Assembly (NCBI GenBank): GCA_965217895.1
Contig: CBDCJV010000002.1
Span: forward strand, 320,001-384,000
Direction of reading: 5' to 3'
DNA from: Waterburya sp.
GTDB taxonomy: Bacteria > Cyanobacteriota > Cyanobacteriia > Cyanobacteriales > Xenococcaceae
DNA: 64,000 nt
Part shown: in pieces, positions 51,104 to 60,739 of the stretch
Layout of the letters: each line of letters begins with the position of its first letter
Numbering within the stretch: position 1 is the stretch's first letter
Position numbers and translations under genes: made by a program
Notes under the pieces: generated by a model
What the model was told of the DNA's origin: nothing
Databases searched by the model: none
Seen by the model: only the letters and a program-made list of their open reading frames with translations

Positions 51104-52393
51104 TTGTCTACCTACTTAGTTTTGAAGAACTTAAGCCAAAAGTTAAAGAACATATCGCAAAAACCTTTAGTTAAAAACAGTCTTTGGGAACTATTAGCAA
51201 AAGCTATTAATTTAGGTTGCCAAGCAGCATACTTCACTCTGATTGTCCGCGTCCTGGGTACAGAAAACTATGGTGCTTTTGTGGGAATTACTGCCTTTGC
51301 TGCTTTGATTTTTCCTTTTGCTAATCTAGGTAGCGGAGACGTTTTGATTCAGCAGGTATCAAAAGACAAAAAAGTGTTTCCTATTTATTGGGGGAATGCT
51401 TTACTAATTGTTTTTATTGCCAGTCTATCTTTGACCCTTGTTGCTTACTTTATCTCGCCAAGCGTTTTTCCTCACATAAATAATTTACCCGCGATCCTGG
51501 CAATTTTGTTAGCAGATTTAGGCGGTTTAGCTATCTTTGTTGTCAGCGCCAAGGCATTTATGTCTTATGAGTTGCTAAAAAATTCTTCTCTGCTACAAAT
51601 TATTGGTACAATCACTAAGTTTTTAGCAGCTATAGTGTTAGCAACCTGCTTTAGTCAACCAAGCTTGTTGCAGTGGTCATATTTATACTTATTGAGTTCA
51701 CTGACTACGGCAATAATCGGCATTATCTGGATCAACAAAACTTTAGCCAAGCCCAAATTAGCCCCCAAAATCTTACCAGCTATGGCTCACCAAGGATTGT
51801 ACTTTTCGATTGGTGAATCGGCATACAATATCAATTCCAATATAGACAAGACAATGTTGGCGAGTATGGCAACTTTAGAAGCAACAGGAATTTATGGTGC
51901 AGCGTATCGGCTGATAGAAGTTGGCACTATTCCTATTTATGCCGTGCTGGGGGCTTCTTATCCTAGATTTTTTGTAGAGGGTGCCAAAGGAATTAAAGGC
52001 TGTCTAAATCTGGCAAAAAAACTATTGCCTTTTGTGGCAATATACAGCGTTATTTCCCTAACTGGATTTTTGTTGTTTGCTCCCTGGATAACCTATATTT
52101 TAGGAGATGAATACCACAATGCGATCGCCACAGTTCGTTGGTTGGCACCCATCCCAATTATTGGTTCAATCCAGTTACTATTAGCTGACACCCTTACGGG
52201 GGCTGGGTTTCAAAAAACCCGTAGTGCTATTCAAGTCACAACAGCCTTAACCAACGTGGGTTTAAACGTCTGGTTGATTCCTCTATATTCTTGGAGAGGA
52301 GCAGCCTGGGCAACATTAAGTTCTGATAGTTTTCGAGTTGTTTGTTTGGCGATCGCCGTAGCTTGGTTTTATAATAAACAAAAAGCAAACTAG
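51104..52393 (+). CDS. Wzx-type polysaccharide flippase
   Basis: Multi-TM; LGTENYG, IDKTML, GIYGAAYR, GAAWAT. Confidence 0.9.
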   Translation: MSTYLVLKNLSQKLKNISQKPLVKNSLWELLAKAINLGCQAAYFTLIVRVLGTENYGAFVGITAFAALIFPFANLGSGDVLIQQVSKDKKVFPIYWGNALLIVFIASLSLTLVAYFISPSVFPHINNLPAILAILLADLGGLAIFVVSAKAFMSYELLKNSSLLQIIGTITKFLAAIVLATCFSQPSLLQWSYLYLLSSLTTAIIGIIWINKTLAKPKLAPKILPAMAHQGLYFSIGESAYNINSNIDKTMLASMATLEATGIYGAAYRLIEVGTIPIYAVLGASYPRFFVEGAKGIKGCLNLAKKLLPFVAIYSVISLTGFLLFAPWITYILGDEYHNAIATVRWLAPIPIIGSIQLLLADTLTGAGFQKTRSAIQVTTALTNVGLNVWLIPLYSWRGAAWATLSSDSFRVVCLAIAVAWFYNKQKAN

Positions 52394-52791
52394 AAAAGTT
52401 TTAATTCTGGGGCATTATCAACTGATAATTGTTCATTGTTAATTGTTAAATTAGGACTTTCTAAAACGCTAATAGCTTCATCAATCATCTCAATAATCGT
52501 AGGAATAAAAGAAACTCCATAATAAGGAGTATCTAAAACACTATTAAATGGATCGTAATCTCTGATTGTTAATCCATTTTGAGTCTGAGGAGTAGTTGAC
52601 ACGAGTTTAAGACAGTGAGTTTCTTTGGCTATACTACGAACCTGCTGAGTATTTTGTTTAATTCGAGAACGGAGTTGAGCAACATCTAAGGAATAGTCTT
52701 GTCTGTAAAACCAATCATAAACATCTTGTTTGAAGGATAAAAGTAGTTGAATTTTTTCTAAAGTAATTGCTGAAAGTATTTGTGTAGTCAT
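52390..52791 (-). CDS. Hypothetical protein
   Basis: 133-aa ATG ORF; C-terminal tail runs into heptamer-like repeats. Confidence 0.55.
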   Translation of the reverse strand: MTTQILSAITLEKIQLLLSFKQDVYDWFYRQDYSLDVAQLRSRIKQNTQQVRSIAKETHCLKLVSTTPQTQNGLTIRDYDPFNSVLDTPYYGVSFIPTIIEMIDEAISVLESPNLTINNEQLSVDNAPELKLF

Positions 52792-52923
52792 GGGAAAATA
52801 AGTGTCGTGTAGTTACGCCGATAATAACTATTATTATTGCTCTAAATCTGAAAATTTTTTACACTTTGGCAAAATTTAATTTTGTATCTACCTTAGTTAT
52901 TAACTGTAAATTTACTGGTTACG

Positions 52924-55065
52924 CTAGTCAGATTTTCTGACGATAAAATTACTAAAGCCACTGCCCGTATCATTTCCCCACTCCCAATTAGCGACGATGC
53001 CAAGGCGATTAATCTTTAAAGCAGTAGCCCAGGGATAAACATCGCTCAGAGCGCGATATAAAACGGTTTGATTGTTTACTCGTACCGAATAATTATTACC
53101 ATCAAAAACTACCCTAAGAGTATAAGGTTGCCCAAAAGCGATCGCCCGACCAATATTTGACCACACCGCATCATAAATCTCTTCAAAGCCAGCAATACGG
53201 AAGAAACAGGAAATTGACTCCCCTTCATAAAAGTCATCCAGCCAGGTATTGATAATGATGTAATTATCTCGATCCTGCCAAAAAATTAGACCGCCTCGTC
53301 CTTTTTCTCCTTGACCTCGTTCTTTTCCAGGAGGAACAATAGTAACTGACACATCAGCAATAAAATTGTCTACCGCCACAGTATATGCTGTGCGATCTGG
53401 ATTAGGATTGGCAACGTCGGCTTTTACTTTAGCAATGCCAAATTGTAAAATTTCAAAGACACCTTTGCCAATAGTTTTTTGCCAGACTTGGTTACCTAAT
53501 AAGGTAGTCTTGCCGCTTAAATCTCCCTCCCAGTTTGTAAAATCATCTTCGATGACAATATCATTGCCTTCTCGCCACCAGGGCAAATCAAAATCGAGAG
53601 TGGGAAGAGTTACGGTACGGGGATGAGCTTCAAAATTCTGTAAATACATATCAGAATTTTCTTGAGATATAGCTATACCTACACCTGTTGCCGTTGCTAA
53701 TCGTTCGTCGGTACAATTGCCAATTAGCTGACCATCAAAATAGATTTTTAATTCTTGTCCATCATCTAATATTTGCAGATAACCAACTCCATTGGCAATG
53801 GAAAAGTCTTCAGCATAGACCAATACTTCTTTTTGTCCAGCTTCAATCAACTGAAGACATATTCTAGTGTCGTTAATCTCACAACACCAATAGTTATTTT
53901 GATCTTGAAATCTCCAGACTATGCCTATGGTAGCTGATTTATCTTCTAAGGCGATCGCGCTACCCTTGCCAACGGTGACAGCAGGCTCCGTCCGTTTAGG
54001 GCGGAGTAATCTGTTACTGCTAAGGCAAATCCTAGCGTGCAATAGTCCCGAAGTTGCTTGAGGCTTTAAAATCCCTAGACTGTTATTTTCCGTGGCTATC
54101 AAGCCTTCTTCGGTGCGCTCAAAACTACCAGTAATAATCTGCCAAGCTCCCCCTACCTCAGCAGGAATAGAGGCAAGATTTCCTGTTCCTATTAAGGCAT
54201 CTGCACCATGAGCCGTACCATACCAGGTCGCTAATGCTGGAATAGTTTCGACCTTTACTCCATAGACTCTGGTATCGGCACGAAAGCCAATTTGACCGAG
54301 GACGCTTTGATGAACACCTGCGTAGAGAGTTGGTTCAAGATTAACAGCATCAATGGCTACTGGACGAAGCTGGGGAAAACTCGGTAAGCCATAAACCTGT
54401 GGTATAGAAGCTGCATAGTAAGCTGCCCCTTGCTCTCTTAAAATCACCACGTAACATACAGGAACATTCTGTAGTCCCCGTAAAATCGAGAGTAGTTTTG
54501 TACCTACTTGGGCTAGTAACTCGCCGTTTTCTGCTCCCGTGGCGCGAACAACAAAATTATTGGCGTTTTCAAGTAGGTTACTGGGTACGGCATCAGTAAA
54601 CCAACCCACTGCCAAATTATCATTAATTTTAGGTAGGGGGAAAAACTTAGTTACCTCTGCTGCCATGCGAAACCAACTAAGTAAACGTCTTGGTGTCGCT
54701 GATTTGTGCTGGCTTCCCAACCAGACAGTAACTCGTTTAAATATTGATTCAGTTTCGCTACCCTTTAACCATTGAGGAATCCTTTTATAGAGCCATTCAA
54801 TCGTCTCAGCCTGAGAAGTATTATGACCATTAAGCAGCAATACCGCCATAGTCAATCCATTTGCACGCTGATATTTGCCGTAGGCAATACCCTGTCTACC
54901 CCAACCAGGTTGAATTAAAGGCTTAAAACGTAGAGCATGATTGTCAATGGCGATCGCTTTTTCTCGATCTATTCCTTTTCTTTCAACACCAGCAGTCGTT
55001 TTACTGCCAATAGTTTTACCACTACTGCGATCGTCTGGAAAACTATCAACAAAAGATTCATTCAT
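52924..55065 (-). CDS. Large beta-rich hypothetical protein, lectin/LamG-like repeats suspected
   Basis: Repeated (G)IVWRFQDQNNY / GLIFWQDRDNY modules; in the polysaccharide cluster. Confidence 0.7.
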   Translation of the reverse strand: MNESFVDSFPDDRSSGKTIGSKTTAGVERKGIDREKAIAIDNHALRFKPLIQPGWGRQGIAYGKYQRANGLTMAVLLLNGHNTSQAETIEWLYKRIPQWLKGSETESIFKRVTVWLGSQHKSATPRRLLSWFRMAAEVTKFFPLPKINDNLAVGWFTDAVPSNLLENANNFVVRATGAENGELLAQVGTKLLSILRGLQNVPVCYVVILREQGAAYYAASIPQVYGLPSFPQLRPVAIDAVNLEPTLYAGVHQSVLGQIGFRADTRVYGVKVETIPALATWYGTAHGADALIGTGNLASIPAEVGGAWQIITGSFERTEEGLIATENNSLGILKPQATSGLLHARICLSSNRLLRPKRTEPAVTVGKGSAIALEDKSATIGIVWRFQDQNNYWCCEINDTRICLQLIEAGQKEVLVYAEDFSIANGVGYLQILDDGQELKIYFDGQLIGNCTDERLATATGVGIAISQENSDMYLQNFEAHPRTVTLPTLDFDLPWWREGNDIVIEDDFTNWEGDLSGKTTLLGNQVWQKTIGKGVFEILQFGIAKVKADVANPNPDRTAYTVAVDNFIADVSVTIVPPGKERGQGEKGRGGLIFWQDRDNYIIINTWLDDFYEGESISCFFRIAGFEEIYDAVWSNIGRAIAFGQPYTLRVVFDGNNYSVRVNNQTVLYRALSDVYPWATALKINRLGIVANWEWGNDTGSGFSNFIVRKSD
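53954..54028. mobile_element. 75-bp in-frame hairpin insertion at a HIP1-like site
   Basis: Nested stems TTGCC/GGCAA, GTGACAG/CTGTTAC, CTCCGTCC/GGGCGGAG. Confidence 0.6.
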
Positions 55066-55187
55066 TCCAACCTACTTATTCTTGTACGTGAATTTAAGGC
55101 GCAAAAAGCAAATTTTTCACCTTAACTCGACAGTTATAACCAAATTTCTCAATTAGGACAGTCTCTTACAGTTTACTTGTGGTTTTC

Positions 55188-55218
55188 ACTGCCCTAACTG
55201 CCCTAACTGCCCTAACTG
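55188..55218. repeat. 9-bp tandem repeat (ACTGCCCTA)x3.4
   Basis: Perfect copies just downstream of the ligase-family gene. Confidence 0.9.
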
Positions 55219-55226
55219 TTGTTAGA

Positions 55227-56501
55227 TTAATCGTAAATTTTATAATCGTTGTTCTTAGCGATAACTAGGGAATAAGATATTGCTGCATAAATCGCCCAAA
55301 AAGAACTACTCATACTATTTATTGTTCCCTCAGTCAAATTAGATAATAGAACATAGCTTAAAAACAAAAGAGGCCAAAACCCTTCTGGGTTATTTGTTCT
55401 TCTCAATAAAGCTAAAGATTGAGCTATTGTAACCACAAAGCCGATCAAAAAAACAGCTAAGCCGATAATCCCTATCGACAACCAAATATCTAAAAATCCA
55501 TTGTGAGCATAAATTACGCCTATCCCCATTGCTAATTGTATATAGCCAGAAGGGCCCTCAAAACCATTCCAAAATGCTGAAAATCCATAACCCAACCATG
55601 GGTGCAACTGAATTTGATCCCAAACGTATCTCCAGATTAAGGTTCTGCCCGATAATGTTGTATCTTTACCTACAGAACTAGTGAGTGCATCCTCGCCTAC
55701 GTATCCAGCCAAATAAATCAAACCACCAACACCAACAATAACTACAGCTAAAACTGCCGAAATCATTACCTCATATCGCCAGCGGAAGATACGATAAACC
55801 ATGCACAGCATTAACATAATTGAAAATGTCCCTAAAGCTGTTGTGGACTGAGACAGTACCATTGCAGTACAGCTAAGAATCAGCAAAAACCAATAAATCC
55901 AGCTATTTTTTTGATTACCCAAGGCATTTAAGAAGAAAACTACGCCTGAAGGAGCCATAAATGCACCAAACTGATTTTTATGAGTAAATACGCCACGCCA
56001 TGCCCCTTCATGAACTCCACCCATCAGACCATATTTAGGTATTGCCACTACAAACAAAATACTTAGAATCAATAACAATGCATAAGTCCAAGCCAGCAAA
56101 TTCATCTGTTCGGACAAAGTATAACGGGTTGCAAAATAAAGTCCAAAAGCGGTGCTGCCAAGAGCATAAACAGCAAATCTAAAAGTTTGAGGCGGGTTAA
56201 TAGACCAAAAAACGGAAAAACAAACAATTCCCATTAATATCCAGAGCAACTTATTGCTAAAAAGTACGGGGAGAACTCTTTTCCATCTTATTGCCAAAAG
56301 AATAAACGTCACAAAGTAAACCAGCAAAGACATTTTGGCATTGAGGGACAAATCATATGTACTTATTGCTATACCGTCACCTTCATTTGCTCCTCTGGTC
56401 AAAAGTAGGGGAGTAATAGCTTCGGATAGATGAAATAAAGCGGCTATTGAAAAAACAAATTCAAAATTTTTGAACGTTTTGTTGGTATCTTTTGTCATCA
56501 T
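55227..56501 (-). CDS. O-antigen ligase / Wzy-like polymerase
   Basis: GVFTHKN, TLSGRTLIW, PWLGYG, AHNGFL. Confidence 0.92.
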   Translation of the reverse strand: MMTKDTNKTFKNFEFVFSIAALFHLSEAITPLLLTRGANEGDGIAISTYDLSLNAKMSLLVYFVTFILLAIRWKRVLPVLFSNKLLWILMGIVCFSVFWSINPPQTFRFAVYALGSTAFGLYFATRYTLSEQMNLLAWTYALLLILSILFVVAIPKYGLMGGVHEGAWRGVFTHKNQFGAFMAPSGVVFFLNALGNQKNSWIYWFLLILSCTAMVLSQSTTALGTFSIMLMLCMVYRIFRWRYEVMISAVLAVVIVGVGGLIYLAGYVGEDALTSSVGKDTTLSGRTLIWRYVWDQIQLHPWLGYGFSAFWNGFEGPSGYIQLAMGIGVIYAHNGFLDIWLSIGIIGLAVFLIGFVVTIAQSLALLRRTNNPEGFWPLLFLSYVLLSNLTEGTINSMSSSFWAIYAAISYSLVIAKNNDYKIYD

Positions 56502-56909
56502 AGCTGTTCATTTAGCTTAATTTACTGATAGAAAGTTTTGATATAAAGATAGATATTATAATAAATCCTCAAGTTTAAATTGGCACACTTTGCCAACTTA
56601 AGTGCTTAAGCAATTAATACTAATTGTGTACTCATAAAATAAATGTTGAAGTCATTAAAAGGTTAGATATATCGCCAACAAACCTGCGTTTATTGTAGTG
56701 GTGACTTGACTTTAATCATATCAAACATAATCTAATCCTTTGAGTAAATTAAAGGCGATCGCCTGACTGATGGTAAGCCAAGAGTTACCGCTGATAAAAG
56801 ATTGATAACTCCCTCAATATAAAAAACTATAGTTTTATATTTATTATATTTATTGTCTGGCTTTGGTTAATAATGGAAGTATAAATTGCCAATAAATAAC
56901 AGTTGAGAC

Positions 56910-57737
56910 TTGAAAGACTATCTCAAGGGCGAATTAATTAACCTTCGCCGTAAAGTTGATTTACAGGTTAGCTATCATGCTGGAACTAAGCCAGGATTAG
57001 TTTTTTTGCATGGTGGATTGGGAAATAGATTTAACTGGCGATCGCAATATGAATTTTTTGGCGATCGCCATAGGGAAGTATTGGCTTACGATCTGGCGGG
57101 ACACGGACAGTCTAGTGCTTACGCACGCTATTCTGTGGGCAGACATTGCCGTGATTTAACTCGTTTACTCAAACGCTATCAGATTAAGTCGCCAATTCTT
57201 TGTTGTCATAGTTATGGTGTCCCTTTAGGTTTAGAGTGGGCAAGATACAATTCAGCTACAGCCCTGGTTTTGATCGCCGGCGGCACTCACGATCTTGCAC
57301 CTTGGTGGGAAATTCCCCTAATTAAGTTTTTAGCTTGGGGAGGCAGACACCTTTATCGCTTTCCCCAAGTACAGTCTTGGACAAACCGTTTATCTAGCAA
57401 TCATCAAGGCAAAAAAATAGAACAGTTTTTGGCAGAAAGTCCTGTTCCTCTTGAACCCTATCCCTACGAAGCGTTAGAAATTTTTTGGGGTTACAATTTT
57501 TGGCAACGTCACCAAACGCCGATGAAAAAGAAAATACCTATCTTAGTAATTAGTGCTGGTCAAGACTCCATGTTTACAGAACAGATGGGAGAAGAATTGG
57601 CAAATAGTTTTCAGCTAGGACAACATTTACATTTGCCAGAAGCGGGACATCTATTGATTGCCGAATATCCCCAGGTGGTAAATCAAGCGATCGCCGAGTT
57701 TATCAAGCAAGTAAATAGTGTAAATCGAACCAATTAG
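56910..57737 (+). CDS. Alpha/beta hydrolase
   Basis: FLHGG, DLAGHGQS, HSYG nucleophile elbow, GQD, AGH. Confidence 0.92.
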   Translation: MKDYLKGELINLRRKVDLQVSYHAGTKPGLVFLHGGLGNRFNWRSQYEFFGDRHREVLAYDLAGHGQSSAYARYSVGRHCRDLTRLLKRYQIKSPILCCHSYGVPLGLEWARYNSATALVLIAGGTHDLAPWWEIPLIKFLAWGGRHLYRFPQVQSWTNRLSSNHQGKKIEQFLAESPVPLEPYPYEALEIFWGYNFWQRHQTPMKKKIPILVISAGQDSMFTEQMGEELANSFQLGQHLHLPEAGHLLIAEYPQVVNQAIAEFIKQVNSVNRTN

Positions 57738-57830
57738 AGGCATGGATACATTTTACTCTAGGAGCAAATTCAGGTTATTTTTGGAATAGCCTGAACTAGG
57801 CTTTGTATAATTCAAAGCAAATTCTTGATA

Positions 57831-58436
57831 ATGTACAAACTGTATGATTTTCTACCATCTGGAAATGGCTATAAAGTCCGACTATTACTGACTCTTTTAG
57901 ATATTCCTTTTGAAAGAATTGAGCTTAATATTTTAAAGCGAGAAACTAGAACACCAGAATTCCTTAAGAAAAATACCAATGGTAAAATTCCTTTATTAGA
58001 AATCGATCCAGATAAATTTTTAGCCGAATCAAATGCAATTTTGTATTATCTTAGCCAGGGAACAGAATATTTTCCGCAGAATAATTATGTTCAAGCCCAG
58101 GTAATGCAGTGGCTTTTTTTTGAACAATACAGTCACGAACCTAATATTGCTACTGCTCGTTTTTGGATTAGCGTTCTCCAGCAACCAGAGAAATACGAGG
58201 AACAGCTAAAACAAAAACATAAGTTGGGCAATTCTGCATTGAGTATGATGGAACAGCATTTAAGCAATCATAAGTTTTTTGTCGGCGATATTTATACCAT
58301 CGCTGATATTGGTTTGTATGCCTATACTCATGTAGCAAATGAAGGAGGATTTGACTTAAGTAAATATCCAGCCATCCTAGCTTGGTTCAAACGCATCGAA
58401 GCGCACCCAAAACATATTCTAATCACTAATACTTAA
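57831..58436 (+). CDS. Glutathione S-transferase family protein
   Basis: SGNGYKVRL, GKIP, ESNAIL, TIADI. Confidence 0.95.
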   Translation: MYKLYDFLPSGNGYKVRLLLTLLDIPFERIELNILKRETRTPEFLKKNTNGKIPLLEIDPDKFLAESNAILYYLSQGTEYFPQNNYVQAQVMQWLFFEQYSHEPNIATARFWISVLQQPEKYEEQLKQKHKLGNSALSMMEQHLSNHKFFVGDIYTIADIGLYAYTHVANEGGFDLSKYPAILAWFKRIEAHPKHILITNT

Positions 58437-58596
58437 GCTATTTTCCTCCTTACAAAAATAAAGAATTTTCAAAAGTCACATATCGAGGTAAAGTAATTTC
58501 AGCCTAATATACAGACGAAATATTTATCTTCCAGGCTAGAGGAATTTTGTAGTTCCTAACTTATGCTTATATTTTCCAAATAATTATTAACTTAAG

Positions 58597-59652
58597 ATGA
58601 ATCGAAGAAAACTATTATCAACACTGAGCGTATTTGTTCTCAGTTTAGTTTTAACTATTAGCTGTTCTCAAACTCCTAAGACTTCTCAATCTGCCGATCC
58701 GAGTACTACTACGCCTAGTACACCTAAAGGAGATGCTATTGTTATTGGCTATAGTAACTGGGCTGGCTGGTGGCCTTGGGCGATCGCCGAACAAGAAGGC
58801 TTGTTTGCCAAAAATGGTGCGAATGTCCAAATGAAGTGGTTTGACGGCTACATAGAATCAATGGAGGCTCTTGCTGCTGGTCAATTAGATGGTAATTGTC
58901 AAACTCTTAACGATACAATTTCTTTTGCTGGGGATGCGGTTAATGGGGAAGTAGCAATTTTAGTTAATGATAATTCAGCAGGTAATGACAAAATTATCGT
59001 TACCAAAGATATTAATAAAATTGAAGATTTAAAAGGCAAAAAAGTTGCTATCGAAGAAGGGGTAGTAGACGATTTCTTGTTAACTTTAGCTTTAGAATCC
59101 AAAGGCATGAAGCGCAGTGATGTAGAGATTGTTCCTTTGGAAACTGGGGCTGCTGCTGCTGCTTTTGCTTCAGGACAAACCGATGCAGTGGGTGCTTTTC
59201 CGCCGTTTTGGTTGACTGCTCTAAAACGAGAGGGTTCTAAAGAATTAATTTCCTCAAAAGCTTTTCCTGGAGCAATTCCCGATTTATTAGTAGTTACCCA
59301 AAAGCTGATTGATGAAAAGCCAGATCAGGCACAAGCACTGGTTAATACTTGGTTTGATGTCTTAGATTTTATGGCACAAAACCCAGAAAAAGCCGATGAA
59401 ATTTTGGCGACTAGGGCAGATGTCACAGTGAAAGAACTTCAGATGTTTAAAGAGGGAACTAAAATATTTACCATTGAAGAAAATTTAGAAGCCTTTAGCG
59501 ATGGAGATAGTATGAAACATATGCCTTTTTCTGCCAAAAAAATGTCTAAATTTATGGTTGATGTTGATTTTATTCCTGAAGCACCAGATTTAACTAACAT
59601 CTTAGATAGCCAGTTTGTTCAGTCTTATGCTAAATCTGCATCTGCTAAATAG
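58597..59652 (+). CDS. ABC transporter substrate-binding lipoprotein (SsuA/NMT1-like)
   Basis: Lipobox TISC; WAGWWPW, DNSAGND, DLKGKKVA. Confidence 0.9.
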   Translation: MNRRKLLSTLSVFVLSLVLTISCSQTPKTSQSADPSTTTPSTPKGDAIVIGYSNWAGWWPWAIAEQEGLFAKNGANVQMKWFDGYIESMEALAAGQLDGNCQTLNDTISFAGDAVNGEVAILVNDNSAGNDKIIVTKDINKIEDLKGKKVAIEEGVVDDFLLTLALESKGMKRSDVEIVPLETGAAAAAFASGQTDAVGAFPPFWLTALKREGSKELISSKAFPGAIPDLLVVTQKLIDEKPDQAQALVNTWFDVLDFMAQNPEKADEILATRADVTVKELQMFKEGTKIFTIEENLEAFSDGDSMKHMPFSAKKMSKFMVDVDFIPEAPDLTNILDSQFVQSYAKSASAK

Positions 59653-59866
59653 ATATTTTAGAAATCAATTATTTTCAGTTATCTGAGTACAATTTGGACA
59701 ATAAGTAGCTGAAGCATTTTAATTAATACTTCGGCTACCTATACTATCTTAAATAGCCCAAAAAAACTAAATTTTTTTTGTATCAAATTCTATTAATTGT
59801 TATCTAGTTTACTATTAATATTAATTAAATCGACTAAGATTAAAATACATATATATCGTATATATA

Positions 59867-60706
59867 ATGTCTAATATAGTATCTGAAAGCGATTCAGCAA
59901 AAGCCGTAAAATCTAGTTTAAAACCAACTATTATTTGGCGTATAGCCGAAAATATTCCTCAGTCATTATTTTGGTCTTTAGCTGGTTTATCAGTCGCCAT
60001 TCCTTTATTAGCTTGGTTATTATTATCTAAATATTCAGGGATAGAATCAATCTTTTTACCATCTCCCAAAGATGTAATTGAAGCTGTGAGAGAACTCTGG
60101 TCAAAAGGATATTTAGCTACTGATTTTTTAGCTAGCTTTGCTAGAGTAAGCATCGGATTTCTCCTGTCGGCTATAGTTGCAGTTCCTGTAGGTATATTAA
60201 TGGGAACCTTTGCCAGTATTCGAGCTTTATTTGAACCAATTATTGGCATTGTCCGCTATATGCCCGCGCCAGCTTTTATTCCTCTTTTGATTATTTATCT
60301 TGGTATCGGTGAAACTCCTAAAATTGCTCTAATATTTATTGGTACGGTGTTTTTTAATATCTTAATGATTATGGACAGCGTTAAGTTTGTACCACAAGAT
60401 TTAATTGAAACAACCTATACTCTAGGAGGCAACCGCTGGCAGGTATTGTCTGAAGTAATTACTCCTCATGTTGTTCCGCGTATTATCGATACATTTCGGG
60501 TAAATATGGCTGCTTCTTGGAACTTGGTGGTAGTAGCAGAGCTACTTGCTGCCAACGAAGGTTTAGGTAAAAGAATTTTGTTAGCTCAAAAGTTTTTGAG
60601 AACCGATGAAATCTTCGCCTGTTTAATTATCTTAGGCTTAATTGGTTTTGCGATCGATTTGTTTTTTCGCCTATTGGTTCGATTCACTTGCAAATGGGCG
60701 TTTTAG
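59867..60706 (+). CDS. ABC transporter permease (SsuC/TauC-like)
   Basis: FLPSP, RYMPAPAFIP, ETTYTLGG, VAEL...GLG. Confidence 0.93.
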   Translation: MSNIVSESDSAKAVKSSLKPTIIWRIAENIPQSLFWSLAGLSVAIPLLAWLLLSKYSGIESIFLPSPKDVIEAVRELWSKGYLATDFLASFARVSIGFLLSAIVAVPVGILMGTFASIRALFEPIIGIVRYMPAPAFIPLLIIYLGIGETPKIALIFIGTVFFNILMIMDSVKFVPQDLIETTYTLGGNRWQVLSEVITPHVVPRIIDTFRVNMAASWNLVVVAELLAANEGLGKRILLAQKFLRTDEIFACLIILGLIGFAIDLFFRLLVRFTCKWAF

Positions 60707-60739
60707 GCGTTTTAAATCAACAATTAGTAATTAGTAGTA

